From assembly GCA_963693365.1 (NCBI GenBank), contig CAVNZM010000010.1, positions 6,263,794 to 6,327,793 on the forward strand: DNA of 64,000 nucleotides. Reading direction: 5' to 3'. The notes under the pieces are model-generated. The model was not told the DNA's origin. It did not search any database and saw only the letters and a program-made list of their open reading frames with translations. Made by a program: the position numbers and the translations under genes. The DNA is from Amoebidium appalachense. Its lineage: Eukaryota; Protista; Ichthyosporea. Numbering within the stretch: the first letter of the stretch is position 1; every line of letters begins with the position of its first letter. Positions 1-24,501 of the stretch are shown here, in pieces.

Positions 1-64
1 TCACTGGGGATCTACGATGGGGCTCTAAAACTATCACACTAACATTGATAATCACTATCCACAG

Positions 65-366
65 TGACCTAAAGCCCGAAAACATTCTGATGGATGCAGC
101 AGGTGAGTGCATACCCATGCTCTTTTTTACTTTCAGCCAACCAACCAAGAGATGCAATCTCCTTTGCGTCATTCCTCAATCTTACCTGTTCAAAACTTTA
201 TCCTTTCCCCGGCACGATGAAGCACACGGGTTCAAGCAGTATGTGATTCTGCAAACAGTAGTTTAAATCCACCCTGCCCGAGGGTAAAGAGAATGGGCTT
301 AGCTGGATGAGTTTTGGTGGATGAGTGGGACGGCTGGGGTCGGCGGGACCGGAATGGGGGATAGGG

Positions 367-403
<37 letters not shown>

Positions 404-759
404 TTGTACAGATGGGTAGGATGGGTAGGACTTCTGTCTCGTTGGATAATCCTTCCCACTTTCTGTTCTTCCCGACTATCTCAATCAACCTTCCCCCTCC
501 CCGCCCCTCTCACCCCCCTCCCACCCTCTCCCTCTCCCCCCCCCCCCCCCCCCATTCCCCCATACCCCATCCCCCCTTCCCCCGTCCACGTCCACGGGTC
601 TCCTTAGTCGGCAACACAAATCCCTCCCCCCCCCCCCCCCCCTCTCCCCCCCGTTTTCCAGTAACCTTCCCGGGATCACAATACCTTTCCTCCTTTTCCT
701 TCCAGCCCTACCACCTTCGTGCTAGCTGCCGAACCCATCTCTCTTTCTGCCCCTCCCCC

Positions 760-794
<35 letters not shown>

Positions 795-2660
795 ACGCAC
801 ACACACACACACGCACACACACCTGAACCCTCTCCTGCGTCACCCCACCACACACACACCCCTTCTCTGGTCTCCTGACCGACACCCACACGCCCCACCC
901 ACCCCATTCCCCTTCTTGCCCCCCCGCCCCTCTCCTTCCCTCGCACCCCCCTCGGTGGGCTCTAATCCGCATTCACTCACCACACACACATACACCTCTG
1001 CCGCTACCCTTCCCTCCCCATCGATCCAATGCCATCCATCCCTCCATCCCCCTACTGCACTACACTACACCCCATTCCACCCACTACACCATACTACACC
1101 CATCCTCCCTCCCCTCCCTCCCCCGCTTCCTCCAACACCTAATACACCACACTACACACATCCCCTCCCCTTCCCCCCCCCGTTGCCGCTCTCCCCTCCC
1201 TCCCCTCCGGCTGCCCCCCCCCCCCCCCCCCCTGCCCCCTCCCCGCCCTCCCCCCCCTCCCCCCCCCCCCCCCCCAACACACACACACATACACACACAA
1301 ACCTACTTTTTTTCTTCCCCATACGAACAGGGCACCTCAAGCTGTCGGACATGGGTCTTGCAGTTGACATCTCCATGACAAAGTCAACGGTCGGGTGTGT
1401 GGGGACCCCAGGCTACATGTGTAGGTGCACCCTTCCAATAATCGATGACCCTGCTCCACACTAGACCCTTTATTATAGTGTTTCTAGATCTGAATCCCCT
1501 AGGAGGTGTTGAAATTTGTTCACATTGAAAAAGTGATTCCACTTACCTTTTCTTCTTCTTATTCTTTTTTTTTTTTTTGGCCAGCACCGCAGGTGGTGAG
1601 TCTGGTCAACTACGACTACTCGGCTGACTGGTGGAGCTTTGGCTGTGTGCTGTATCAGCTGGCCACTGGAAGGGTATTATGTCCTCTTTCAACAAACTAC
1701 GGCAGGGTAGAAATTCATAATGATGGGTACCTAGTGAAAGTGCTTATGTTGTATTTTAGGTGGCGGAGGTGATGGCAGGGAGGAGGGGAAAGGGGGTGGG
1801 GGCGGGGGGAGGATGGAGGCAGTGGGTGGGTGGGTGAGGGGGGCGAGAGTAGGTGGGGTGGGAGGCGCTGGTTGGGGGGAGGGGGAGGGGGGAAGGGGGA
1901 ATGTGGGAGGCACAGCAATAAGTGAATCTCCATGTACATGGATAGTGGAAGTGCGTGAGTGGGTGAAAAGGGGAGTGGCAATGCACAGGTCTGTGCAAAT
2001 AAGTTATTAGTAGGGAGACACCTAGGTCCGACATCATGCAAGTATCATCATAATCATGATCTACTTTTGGATATCCGCTCTCATACTCCAAACTTGGCTC
2101 GTCTCAGCCAGCCCTAATAACAGCCCATGTCCCCCTCCCCCCCCCCCCCCCCCTCCCCCTTCCCAGCATCCTCTCTTTGCATGCGGGGAAAAGCTTTCCC
2201 CGGAGGAGCTCTACAACAGGACCCTTGAACACGTAAGACTTTAGATGCCCCAAATGGTTGTAGGGGATGGACCTAGCTAGGTTTTATGGCTGAAAAGGCA
2301 GTTAGAGGTTGGTGGGCGGGGGAGAAAAGGGGATGGGGGGGGGGGGGGGGGGGAAGGGGGGGGGGAGGAAGGGGGGAGAGGAGGGGAGAAGGGGGGGGGG
2401 GGGGGGGGAGGCATAGAAGAACCCGTAGAAGGCGGGGAGGAGGGGGAGGCAGGGTAGGATGAGAAAGGGGTAAGCGCCAGGTTGACGTTTAGTATATACA
2501 CGGCAAATAACACCCCCCCACCCACCCACCCACCCATCCCCCGAAAAATCTAAAAATGAAAGTCAAAATAATCGAGTAATACACACATGCGCGCGCGTGC
2601 GCAAGCACACCCACATACACACACATGCAAGCACACCCGCATACACACGTACACACACAA

Positions 2661-2721
<61 letters not shown>

Positions 2722-3294
2722 AACCCATTGCATACACACACACACACACACGTGTTGCACACAGCGTACATCATGGTCCGTTGCACAAAGCGTACATCGT
2801 AAAGTTTTTCAGAGTGTGAGTCAGGTAGGAAAGAGACTTATATAACACTCCTCCTCACATGTGCAGGATGTGGACACACTTGTTCCCGTGCTGGAAAACA
2901 CGGCTGGGCTTGAGCTGGTGCTGCAGCTCTGCAAAGAGGTAACACAACACAAAACATATGGTACACAATATAATACATATAGTACATAATACATTACATA
3001 TCACGGTACATAATACATTTAATATGATTATACAGTATAGCTAGTGCACGCGGCATTTTTCCGTAACTACAGCTAGAACGCTGCAACAGCGGTGTGGGGT
3101 AGGGGGGGAAGGGGGGAGGGGGGGGGGGGGGGGGGATAAGGAGGGAAATGGGGGAGGAAAGGGTAGAGAAGGGGACTGGAAAGCCCATTTTAGAGGTGGG
3201 GAAGGTAGGTGATGAAGAAGATAGGGCTTGGTGATCAGGGCGGGGGCTTGGTAGGGACGCGATGATTTGATTTTCTCTTTTTCTTTTTTTTTTT

Positions 3295-3325
<31 letters not shown>

Positions 3326-3505
3326 GGGATGAGTGGGCAGGGAGATATTGTAATGGAAACAAGGGATGGAGGTTATATGTTGGCAAGGGGAAGGCTGACT
3401 AAAGAGCACCCGAAACAATGCCGGGTCAGTTTCTTTCTCACATTTTCTGTTGGTGTAGAGGAAAGGTTTTCTTCTCTCTTTTTTTTTTTTTTTTTTTTTT
3501 TTGGG

Positions 3506-3550
<45 letters not shown>

Positions 3551-3790
3551 GAGGGAGGGGATGGAGGGAAGGAGGAGATATGACTGTCTTTTTGGAGGGG
3601 AAAGCAGGCCCCAAAGGAGGGGGGGGGGGGGGGGGGAGACAAGCAAGCTATGACATCAATTACGGAACAACTTCTTGGACAAGGAAAACCATGCTGAAGT
3701 AAACAAGATGGCAGAGAGGAAGTTTAGATAGGAATCTTCAGACGATTCGTTTGTTGTTGTTTTTTTTTTTTTTTTTTTTTTTTTTTTCTT

Positions 3791-3828
<38 letters not shown>

Positions 3829-4020
3829 CGGGGGGGGGGGGGAGGGGGGGGAGGGGGGTTGAACAGGAGCGGGTGTGGGGAAAGGGGGGGGGGGGGGGAG
3901 GTTGAACTCTGGGGGGGGGGGGGGGGGGGTATTTTTTTGGAGGGGGGGGGAAAGGGGAGGGGGGGGGGGGGGGGGGGGGGGGGGGTATTTTTTTGGAGGG
4001 GGGGGGAAAGGGGAGGGGGT

Positions 4021-4084
<64 letters not shown>

Positions 4085-5938
4085 TAACCATGTGAACATG
4101 AAATTGTGTATCCAACCCACAGCTACTGCAGAAGGAGCCCATCAACCGACTAGGCTCACGCCATGGAACAGAGACACGTTACGGCTTCAAGGTAAAAACC
4201 CTAGCTGCTATTTCAAAATCCGAGGTGTATACGTAGCTTGATGTCGTACAGTATCCGTTACGGTACAGGCTACTGTTGATACACATGCGGCATATTTAGT
4301 AACTTCTTGTTTGCAGGCAGTCCAGCAGCATGCGTACTTCAGCACCGTCGATTGGCTGCTACTTGAGTACGGTGTCCTTCCCGATGCACCCTTTCAACCC
4401 AAGGAAAGTGCTTGGAACTGTGAAATTTCGTTGGTTGCACTTATTCTATGGTTCTTTCTTCCAATTTGTCTTGCTTTCTCACATGCCAGTGTGCCTAAAT
4501 TTTTGCCCCTTTATTTTTTTTTTTTTTTAATGTAAAATTTCCTTCCCCTTTCCATCACACAGAGGTGCCCGGTGAGGGTCTTCCCCTCAGCTCTGCCTAA
4601 ACCCCAGGCAGAAGGTTATATTCTCACAAGAAAACTGATATAATCAAATGTTTTCCTCGTATAGATTTGGCCAATAATTCATGCTAGTTGTAATGGTTAT
4701 GGGTTCGATAAAAAGGTTATATACACATTGCTACCGAGCCGAGCACACGATAACAGTGCACGGCGTCCCTTCCATATGCAGGCCAACCCTACGTCTGCGG
4801 ACCACAAGGCGCCTACTGGTTGGCGCAAAGACAACAAGTGGTTCAAGCGGCGCAAGAGCACAGAGGAGCCTGCAGCAGAGGCAACCCGCAGCTTTGCCGG
4901 TGTGCTGTCCATGGCATGGCAGCAGGAGATGGTGGCATCCGGCATCTTTGACTCGGTATGTGAATGTGCTGTAGGACTGCCCGACTGCTTGCTTTTGTGA
5001 TTTTACAAGGAACATACACATACACAACCCACTACTTGTTGTGTGTTTCAAAATTGATAGGAAGGTATGTGCAATATCACATGCAGCCACATTTCCAATG
5101 TTTAAGTATGAAGGGCTTTTCCTCAGCCTAGCAGCTGCATACACACAGTCAAGAGAATTTTAAATCAGTTACGCATTGCGAAGGCTCACTGTCTATTCGC
5201 ACGTGATGTATTACACACAAAGTGCAGTATTCTATAAGCCAGGTATTATCAGTATTCTATGTGTCAGGTATTAACTTAAATTACACAATAGCACATTGTC
5301 AAGCTGCAACCCAACATAATAAAGACGGTGGTGTAGAATAAGACATTACTTAGTGCATCACTTAGTCTATGTAAACACACCAGCTTGTGTATAAGGTTGA
5401 GATATCGATAGGTCGCCACTATTCTTGATGTGAACTATGTTTACATAACCGTTACCGAAAAAAACTGACGGCCCAGAGCGTGCACACGCAGGTCACCAAG
5501 CAGATGATTGAAGCCAACCGTCGACACAGCACTCTCGAACGCAACCCAGCCCACCGCAGGTATGGCGAATCATGATCATACAGACTTGGCCTTTATTACG
5601 GCCTCCCTTTTTCTGAGTCCCATGATCCGGCACAGTGATGCACTCAGTCTGGCATACATAGAGCACATGTGCTCATATAAAACATCTCTCACACACGTGC
5701 ATTCGAATTCATGTCTTGCACATTCACCGCTGCAGTTGAAACAAGAAGAATAAAGCACCGTAAACCTAAACTTCATTGACATCACGTCTGGTGCAGAAAC
5801 TCGCCCACGCCAGCACCATCAGCACGCAAGGGTTCCGGGGAGTCCATTGGAGAGAAAGCCAGCAGCCTGGGGCAATCAATCGCTTTCCTCTTCACCGGTG
5901 GCTCTGCAAGCTCACGGAGATCAACAATGCCTGGATAG
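65..5938 (+). CDS. G protein-coupled receptor kinase (GRK)-like AGC Ser/Thr kinase, 3' part (5' exons lie outside the window)
   Basis: Approximate spliced exons 65-102 ([12 protein letters not shown]), 1331-1420 ([19 protein letters not shown]), 1585-1673 ([20 protein letters not shown]), 2168-2232, 2867-2938, 4124-4191 ([11 protein letters not shown]), 4317-4403 ([13 protein letters not shown]), 4782-4955 ([12 protein letters not shown]), 5492-5559 and 5797-5938 (TAG). SDxGLAV, VGTxGYM and the WQxEM tail motif are GRK hallmarks. The junction after 4403 is unresolved. Confidence 0.8.
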
Positions 5939-6616
5939 CCAGAGCTATCTGAGGATGCACCACAACGATGGATCCGGACACATGCTCGTGCCAGGAGAGG
6001 ATGTGAATACGTAATTGCCAGTCTGTAGATTCAATATATACGATATAATTTAACATGTTTTTTTTTAGTTTTTTTTTAGTATCAGTTAGCCCATACAGGA
6101 CAAATCCCGGGAAACAGGCGCATGTGTGCTTTGCCTGCAGCTCAGGCAAGAGCTGAGAAGAGACCTGTATCATAGGCTGTATGAGTGCTTACTAATAATC
6201 TCTCTCGTTCTCAGGTCTGTGAAGCTGTATGTACAGTAAGCAGAGCAAAAACGCTAAAAGTACCAGTGGCTCATGACCATGTACATTATATTTATACGGT
6301 ATAATAAAGAAAATGATCCGCTTGGGGCAGTAAACATCGTTACAGTAAAGCCTGTGTAGCTGCCTGAGTGAGCAAAGTGCTGAGTGACTGACTGTGAGGG
6401 ATCCGATCGATGTACCTACTTGACTGCCAGTCGTCAGTCGCAGTCGCCGAGATGGCCAAGTCGTACAGTCGTAATCGAGTCGCCGAGGGTGAAAGCTACG
6501 ACTTGAGGGCCTACGACTTAGGGCCCCCGGAGGAGGGGCAGCTTCGGTGGGGGGGGGGGGGGGGGGGGGGGAGGGGGAGGGGGCCGGGGGGGGAGAGGGG
6601 GGGGGGGGGGGGATGC

Positions 6617-6704
<88 letters not shown>

Positions 6705-6841
6705 GCAGCCCGACGTGTGCCAGCGTGTGTGTGTGTGTGTGTGTAGTGTGTGTGTGTGTGTGTTTGTGCGCGTTGTGTGCGCGCGTATGTGTGTCAGTGT
6801 GTGTGTGTATTGTGTCTGTTGTGTTGTGCGCGTATTTGTGT

Positions 6842-6884
<43 letters not shown>

Positions 6885-7003
6885 TGTGACAGTGTGTGTG
6901 TGTGTGTGTGTGTGTGCGTGTGTGTATCCGCAGTCACGTGTGCGTGCGTGCGTGTGCGCGCGCGTGTGTGTGTGTGTGTGTGCGCGTGTGTGCGTGTGGT
7001 GTG

Positions 7004-7041
<38 letters not shown>

Positions 7042-7096
7042 ATGTGTGCGTGTGTGTGTATCCGCAGTCACGTGTGCGTGTGTGTGTGTGTGTGTG

Positions 7097-7185
<89 letters not shown>

Positions 7186-7338
7186 CTACCTTTGGAGGTA
7201 GCTCTTATTTTTCAAGGCCGACAAAACTCTCCTTCCGAAGCGACTGATCACGCGCCAACTCATACCCTTGAAAAATTGCCAGTCTGAGAGTATACTTGGT
7301 CATACGGCGGCTAAGGCCACAGTTGCACGTGGCAGGTG

Positions 7339-7389
<51 letters not shown>

Positions 7390-7590
7390 TCCATACGATG
7401 CGACAACCAGGCAAAATCCTATGAATAATGTATTTCACACAGCTACCAACTGGTTTTTCAACATGCGTTTTTGGAAGCGCTGGTGAACTTTTAAAAAACC
7501 ACTGCGGACGGGAACTCGTAAAGAAAGCACGGGTGATGTATGGGTGTCCCTCAGATCGCGAGTAACAGACGAAGGAAATTACACGCTGCC

Positions 7591-7716
7591 GAGTATCCAC
7601 TTCTTGCACCGCTGGCACGGTGGTATTTGGCAATACCAGCATCCTCTGGTGACAATGAAAGACTATTCTTCCGCGCCCCGGGTACCATTTTTAGTTAGTG
7701 AAAAGAGAACGCTTAA
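7591..7716 (+). mobile_element. Degenerate hAT-family transposase C-terminal dimerisation domain
   Basis: Reads EYPLLAPLARWYLAIPASSGDNERLF, then after a frameshift VSEKRT. This matches the hAT consensus YPxLxxLAxxxLxIPASSxxxERxFS..V.xKR. Flanking frames contain stops. Confidence 0.75.
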
Positions 7717-7886
7717 CTGCGGCACGAGTATTCAGTATAGATAGTGGAGGAAATTCTCTTTTGCCACGACAACCAGCACATCTAAAAGTACTTCGACCAC
7801 CTGAAAAACTAGCTGGCTCTGGGCAAGGAGGAGGGGGTGGTGATGGATAAGGAGGCTCAGGCTGGCATGGCTTATTGTGTGTGTGT

Positions 7887-7917
<31 letters not shown>

Positions 7918-8224
7918 GCTCATGGGAAGGATTTGCATGGGAAGGGGGGGGGGGGGGGGGATAGGGGGGAAACTGGGATTGCTGGTGGGGAGGGGCGAGA
8001 AAAAGTGGGAGGTGTTGGAAGGGGGAAAGGTGGGTGGGTGAGTTGGCTTTCAGAAGTGGGGGAGGGTGGGTGGATGTGGGGGGAGGAGGGGGGGGAGGGG
8101 TGGGAGGGAGGGGAAGGGGAACAGGCATTCAGTGAGGGGTTGTTCAGCATTTCATTTGGGTGACTTATGGCCTTTGGAGTTGCTATAGGCAGCCTCAGTG
8201 ACCACTATTTGTGTATGTGGAACG

Positions 8225-8507
8225 GATGCAACCACCATGGCAGCACACATCTACATGGGCAGTCACCTAACTGACGGCAATAAATCAGCTAATTTATTGC
8301 CGTCAGTTGGGTGAGTGCACAAAGAAGGGGCTGTGATTGTGGAACCGCCTGATGTGAGGGTTCGTTCGTTTAACCCTAAAGCTTTAGGCAGGTCTTCGCA
8401 CGTGACGGAGATACTATTTCCATCAAATACAATGCACACAAACGGAGCTTTGATGTTCAATGTCCCCCCCCCCCCCCCCCCTCTCCCCCTCCCCCCCCTC
8501 TCTCCCT

Positions 8508-8551
<44 letters not shown>

Positions 8552-11415
8552 CCCCTTTCCCTCTCCCCCCGCCTCCCCTTCCCGTGTCTGTGTTGCCGTG
8601 TCTGTGTTGTCTGCCTTGATCAGCTAGTGTGTTAGTGGATTGAATGGGTGTGTGTGTGTTTGTGCAAGGATTTGTATTTGGGTGATTGGTGGATGTGTGT
8701 GGCTGTGTGTTTATGTCGAATCAGCTGGCGCTGAGCATATGGTTGGGACGGGGGAGGGGGGGGGTATATGTGTGTGTTGTGGTGGTGGGGGGGGGGGGGG
8801 GGGGGGTGGAGAGGGATGGTGGGGGAGGGGGGGGGCGAGGAGGGGGGGGGGGGAGGGGGGGGGGAGGGATCTGAATGGGTTATCTTTTACCCCTTTACCC
8901 CTTTTCTTGTTTGTGTGGTGGATGTGGTTGTTGCTGTTGGAGATCTTTCTGTTTTTATAAGGGCGAGGGGAGGGAATTGAAGTTGGGGGGGGGGGGGGGG
9001 GGGGGGAGGTGAGGCAATGTTCGAGTACCCATACCTCTCCTTCCCCCTCCCCCCCCCCCCCCCCCCATATATATATTATATGTGATATATAAATATATAT
9101 ATATATATATGATATATATATATATAACTAACAAAATGGCAAAATAAACCGGCAAAAAGGAAACATGCAGTGACCATCCATGTTTGGAATTCCCTTATCA
9201 GAGTTAGGGCTACCCCCCCCCCCCCCCCCCCCCCCCCCCACATGACACACACACCAAGGATGATAATAATAATGATAAAAGTAACTGATGCACCAATTGC
9301 AACACAAGCACTCGACCCTCCCTCCCCTCCCCCCCACCTTCCCCTCCCCCTCTTGCAAAAGGCCACATCTATCTATCCCCCAAGTGGATACGGACACACA
9401 TCTTATCGAGCCTAATTTTTAAAATTTTGTCACCTGATCACCCAACTAGGCACCACCCATGGACCACACACACACACAAATCTTCACGCTTCAGCCCTAA
9501 GCTTACCCACGGCCCCCCATACGTGTGTTACGTGTATACGGTGTACGTGCTCGTATCCAGGCTAGTACTTACCACGTACCAGCATTGTTCGTTGAAAAGG
9601 GAAAAAAGAAGAGAGGGAGGAAGGGGGAGGGGGGAGGGGGGGCCCGGGGAGGGGGGGGGGGGGGGAGGGGAGGAGGGGGAGGGGGGGGGGGGGGGGGGGA
9701 GCAGGCAGGTGTAAGCTGTCCTTGTGTGTGTGTTTTTTTCTTTCTTTCTTTTTCTTTCTTTTTTTTTTTTGGGTTTGGTTTTCTTTGCAAGAGGAATCTT
9801 TTTTATTTTTTTGGTTTGGTTTTCTTTGCGAGAGGAGAGGGGGGGGAGGGGGTTGTCGACCATGGGTTCTCGCAATTTATATGGGCAAACCTTTCAAATC
9901 TGAACCCAATGAATCAATGTCACAACACCATGAACAAGAGAGCACTTGCAACCATCATGGTGGCATGCACTTGTGTGGGCGGTCACCCAACGGACGGAAG
10001 TGAAATCAGCTGGTGGTGAATGCACAAAGATGTGGCTGTGATTGTGGGACAGAATGGTGGGCCTTTGCTGTTGTTAGAGATGTCTGCCTACCATAATTGG
10101 ATTTTTTAGGCCTGGATGTGCACGGACATCTATTAGCCTTAACGAGGATGAAACCATGGAATTGCGACTATGTAAAACGTACCAGATTTGGTGCAGTTGG
10201 TTTTTCGGTCGCTGACGCTGAACCAATTGAGTTAGAACTTTTCTGTACTGAACGTTTGAAGAAAACACTATTTACATAATTATCATGCAAAAATTATGGT
10301 TCTAGCGCAAAATTGGTATACCTTTTTGCTCTCGATGTAACCCTGTTTTTCATATGAATTTGGCCCGGAGACCGATCGCCGCAATTCCATGGTTCCAGCT
10401 ACCTTAAGTGTTTGCCTGAGGTATACAACATGCCTTTTTTGGGATGTTCCATTTCACCCCCCCCCTCCCCCCCCCCCCCCCCTCCCCCCCCCCTCCTCCC
10501 CTCTTTCCCCCCCAATATGTGTGTGTGGGCGGGCAGGCGTAGGCGTGTGTGCGTGCATGCCTGCATGCGTGTGTGCGTGCATACCGCATGCGTGTGTGCG
10601 TGCATGCCTGCATGCGTGTGTGCGTGCATGCCTGCATGTGTGTATGCGTGCATGCCTGCATGCGTGTGTGCGTGCGTGCGCGCGTGGCTGGGCGCGTGTG
10701 TGCGTACGTGCACGTGTGCATGCGTGCGTGTGAGTGCATGAGTGCGTGCTTGCCTGTGTGCGTTTTTCTTTTCCGTTTTCCTTTTCCTATTTTTTTTCGT
10801 TCTTTCTTTCTTTTCTTTCTTTTTTTTGGAGGGCGGGGGGTGGGGGGGGGAAGGGGGCACTTGCTGCATACAGGTGGGTGTAAACGAGGTTGGGGTGAAA
10901 CAGAAGTTGGTTAGAAGGTGAGATATCATTTTGTCGTGTGTGGGGGGAGGAGGAAGGGGAGCGGTGGGGGGGGGGGGGGGGATGTTAGAAAAGTTGCCTG
11001 ATGGAGATGACTGTAGAGGATTAACGGACTTGTTCTGCCATGTCTGTCACATGATAACGGCCTCAGTCCAACATAGTCGGTATAGACCGTAGAATATATC
11101 CAAAAACGTACAGGTTTCTGGTAGTGGATGAACATCTGTTCTAGCGGTGGTGGTGGTATGTGTGTACCTGGTTGGGTGGGTTGGTGGGTGGGGGGTGGGT
11201 GGGGGGGACAACATGCATTGCAGATTTGAGTTATCAAAACTAATGTGGGGGAACGATTGATTTTTAGGCTTGTTATAGCAGCCGTACATGACCCAAGAGC
11301 TGCTTGCAACCACCATAGTGGCATGCACTTGTGTGGGCGGTCACCCAACTGACGGGAGTGAAGTCAGCTGGTGCTGAATGCACGAAGATGTGGCTTTGAT
11401 TGTGGGACAGAATGT
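8225..11415 (+). repeat. Three diverged dispersed direct copies of a >=110-bp sequence (about 8225-8345, 9946-10055, 11305-11415)
   Basis: Shared pattern gcaacca(c/t)cat..ca...t...tgggc.gtcacc.aac.gacgg...tcagct...tgcac.aaga..ggct.tgattgtgg in all three copies. Confidence 0.8.
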
Positions 11416-11909
11416 GGGCTGGGATCAGTGTGTTGCTTTCGACTGCTTCTAGATCTGGGCGTACACGTGGCAGGAATTGGATATAGGTCATATCCGCTGT
11501 TATTTGTGAGCATTGGTTTAATTGATGCTAACAAATTCCGTCACCCGCCCCCCCCCCCCCCTCCCCTCGCCCTCCCCTCACCAACCCACTACCCCCCCCC
11601 CCCCCCCCCCCCCCCCTCCCTCCCTCCCCCCTCCCCCCCCCCCCACACACACACCCACACACAACGGAAAGAAAAAAGAAAGAAAAGAAAGAGAGAAAAA
11701 AGGAAGGGCAAACGTCTTTGCATCTTATTAAAAGGAAAGGAAGGAAAGGAGAGAACAGCAACAGGAAAAGGAAAAGAAACAAATACTGTGAGAATACATT
11801 CCAGGTAAAACATTACCCTCCCAACCCAGCACCACCACCAAGTTTCCTGTTACTACAATTACCCCCCCCCCCCCCCCCCCTCCCTCGCGCCTTAAAAAAA
11901 ACAAATAAA

Positions 11910-11956
<47 letters not shown>

Positions 11957-12601
11957 CCACTGCCTGAATCCCTTGTCACACTCTTCCCCCTAATGATGAA
12001 ACCTTCCCAAACTCCTCTGCAGGGAGTGCTCCATCCTCCCCCCCCCCCCCCCCCCCCCCCCTCCCCCCGGCCCTCCCCCCTCCCGCCCCCCCCACCCTCC
12101 CCCCACCCTCCCCACTCTCACCTTCCTTCTCCCCCTTTGGGCAAAAAGGGGACCGAACGTACTTTAAGGGGCAGTCAACTACGATTTGGTGTAAAGATAT
12201 TCATAGAGATCCATGTACGAAAAAAAAGAGGCAGGGTTCTTGGTGTTATGCCTGCAGCAAGTGGTGAGAAATTCGAGGTTAGTGAGCGTAGTTTGGGTGG
12301 CGGATTCATATAGGGAAGACTTCTCAGGCCGTGGTAGTGTTCATGGGGGGAGGGGAGAGAAAGGCTGCTGCTGCTACTGTTGGTGTGCGTGTGTGTGTGC
12401 CCCCCGGCCCTCTCTCCTCAACCCATCAGCACCCCGCCATCATGTCGAGTCGTAGCCGAGTCGTTGGGAAACCACCGACTCCAGTCGTAGTCATAGTCAC
12501 CAAAATCCCAAAACTTGACTTATTTTCAAGTCGAGTCATAGGCAGAGGGCTGCTGCAGTGCTGACACGGTCTGTCAAGATCCTTTGCGTAATATATGATA
12601 G

Positions 12602-12702
12602 CCAATGAAACACAAGAGAATTTATGATTGGCTGGATCCAAGAAGATAAGAATTCAGTCCTCAATAAGCTACTTTTGGTAACAATTATCTCTTACTGATT
12701 GG
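12602..12702. promoter_or_regulatory. CCAAT-box cluster upstream of the TMCO4-like gene
   Basis: CCAAT or ATTGG at 12602, 12627 and 12698, in a repeat-free region 300-400 bp before the ATG at 13006. Confidence 0.45.
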
Positions 12703-13005
12703 ATGCTGTCAGTCGCTGACTTGAACGTTAGCCAGCTGTGCTGACTCAGAGCGGCTGACAGACAGAGCCGGCCCAGCCAGGCTGAAAAACAAAAGCTGCA
12801 AAGCCAAAACCGTGACTCGAGAGTGTTCTCAGAGTGCTTTAGAATAAAAACAGCTGCACATTCGCAGGTTCGCCTTGTCACATTTTTTTTGGGCTGTTGG
12901 GGTGTTCCACCAAAATCTGCCCCAGTTATAGGTGGTCTTCAAGGTTTGTCCAGAAACTTAATGGCATAACGAAGTTTCCAGCTCTATATGCTCCAACCGC
13001 CGATC

Positions 13006-24501
<11,496 letters not shown>

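Noticed and set aside
45-102. Apparent HSD in place of HRD/YRD in the kinase catalytic loop
   Set aside because: The ORF reads through a splice acceptor (cag at 62-64). The true codon is split with an upstream exon outside the window.
325-1330. Long Pro/Gly- and CV/HT-repeat ORFs here and throughout the ORF track
   Set aside because: They are translations of poly-C/G and (CA)n tracts that lack stop codons, and they lie in introns or intergenic DNA.
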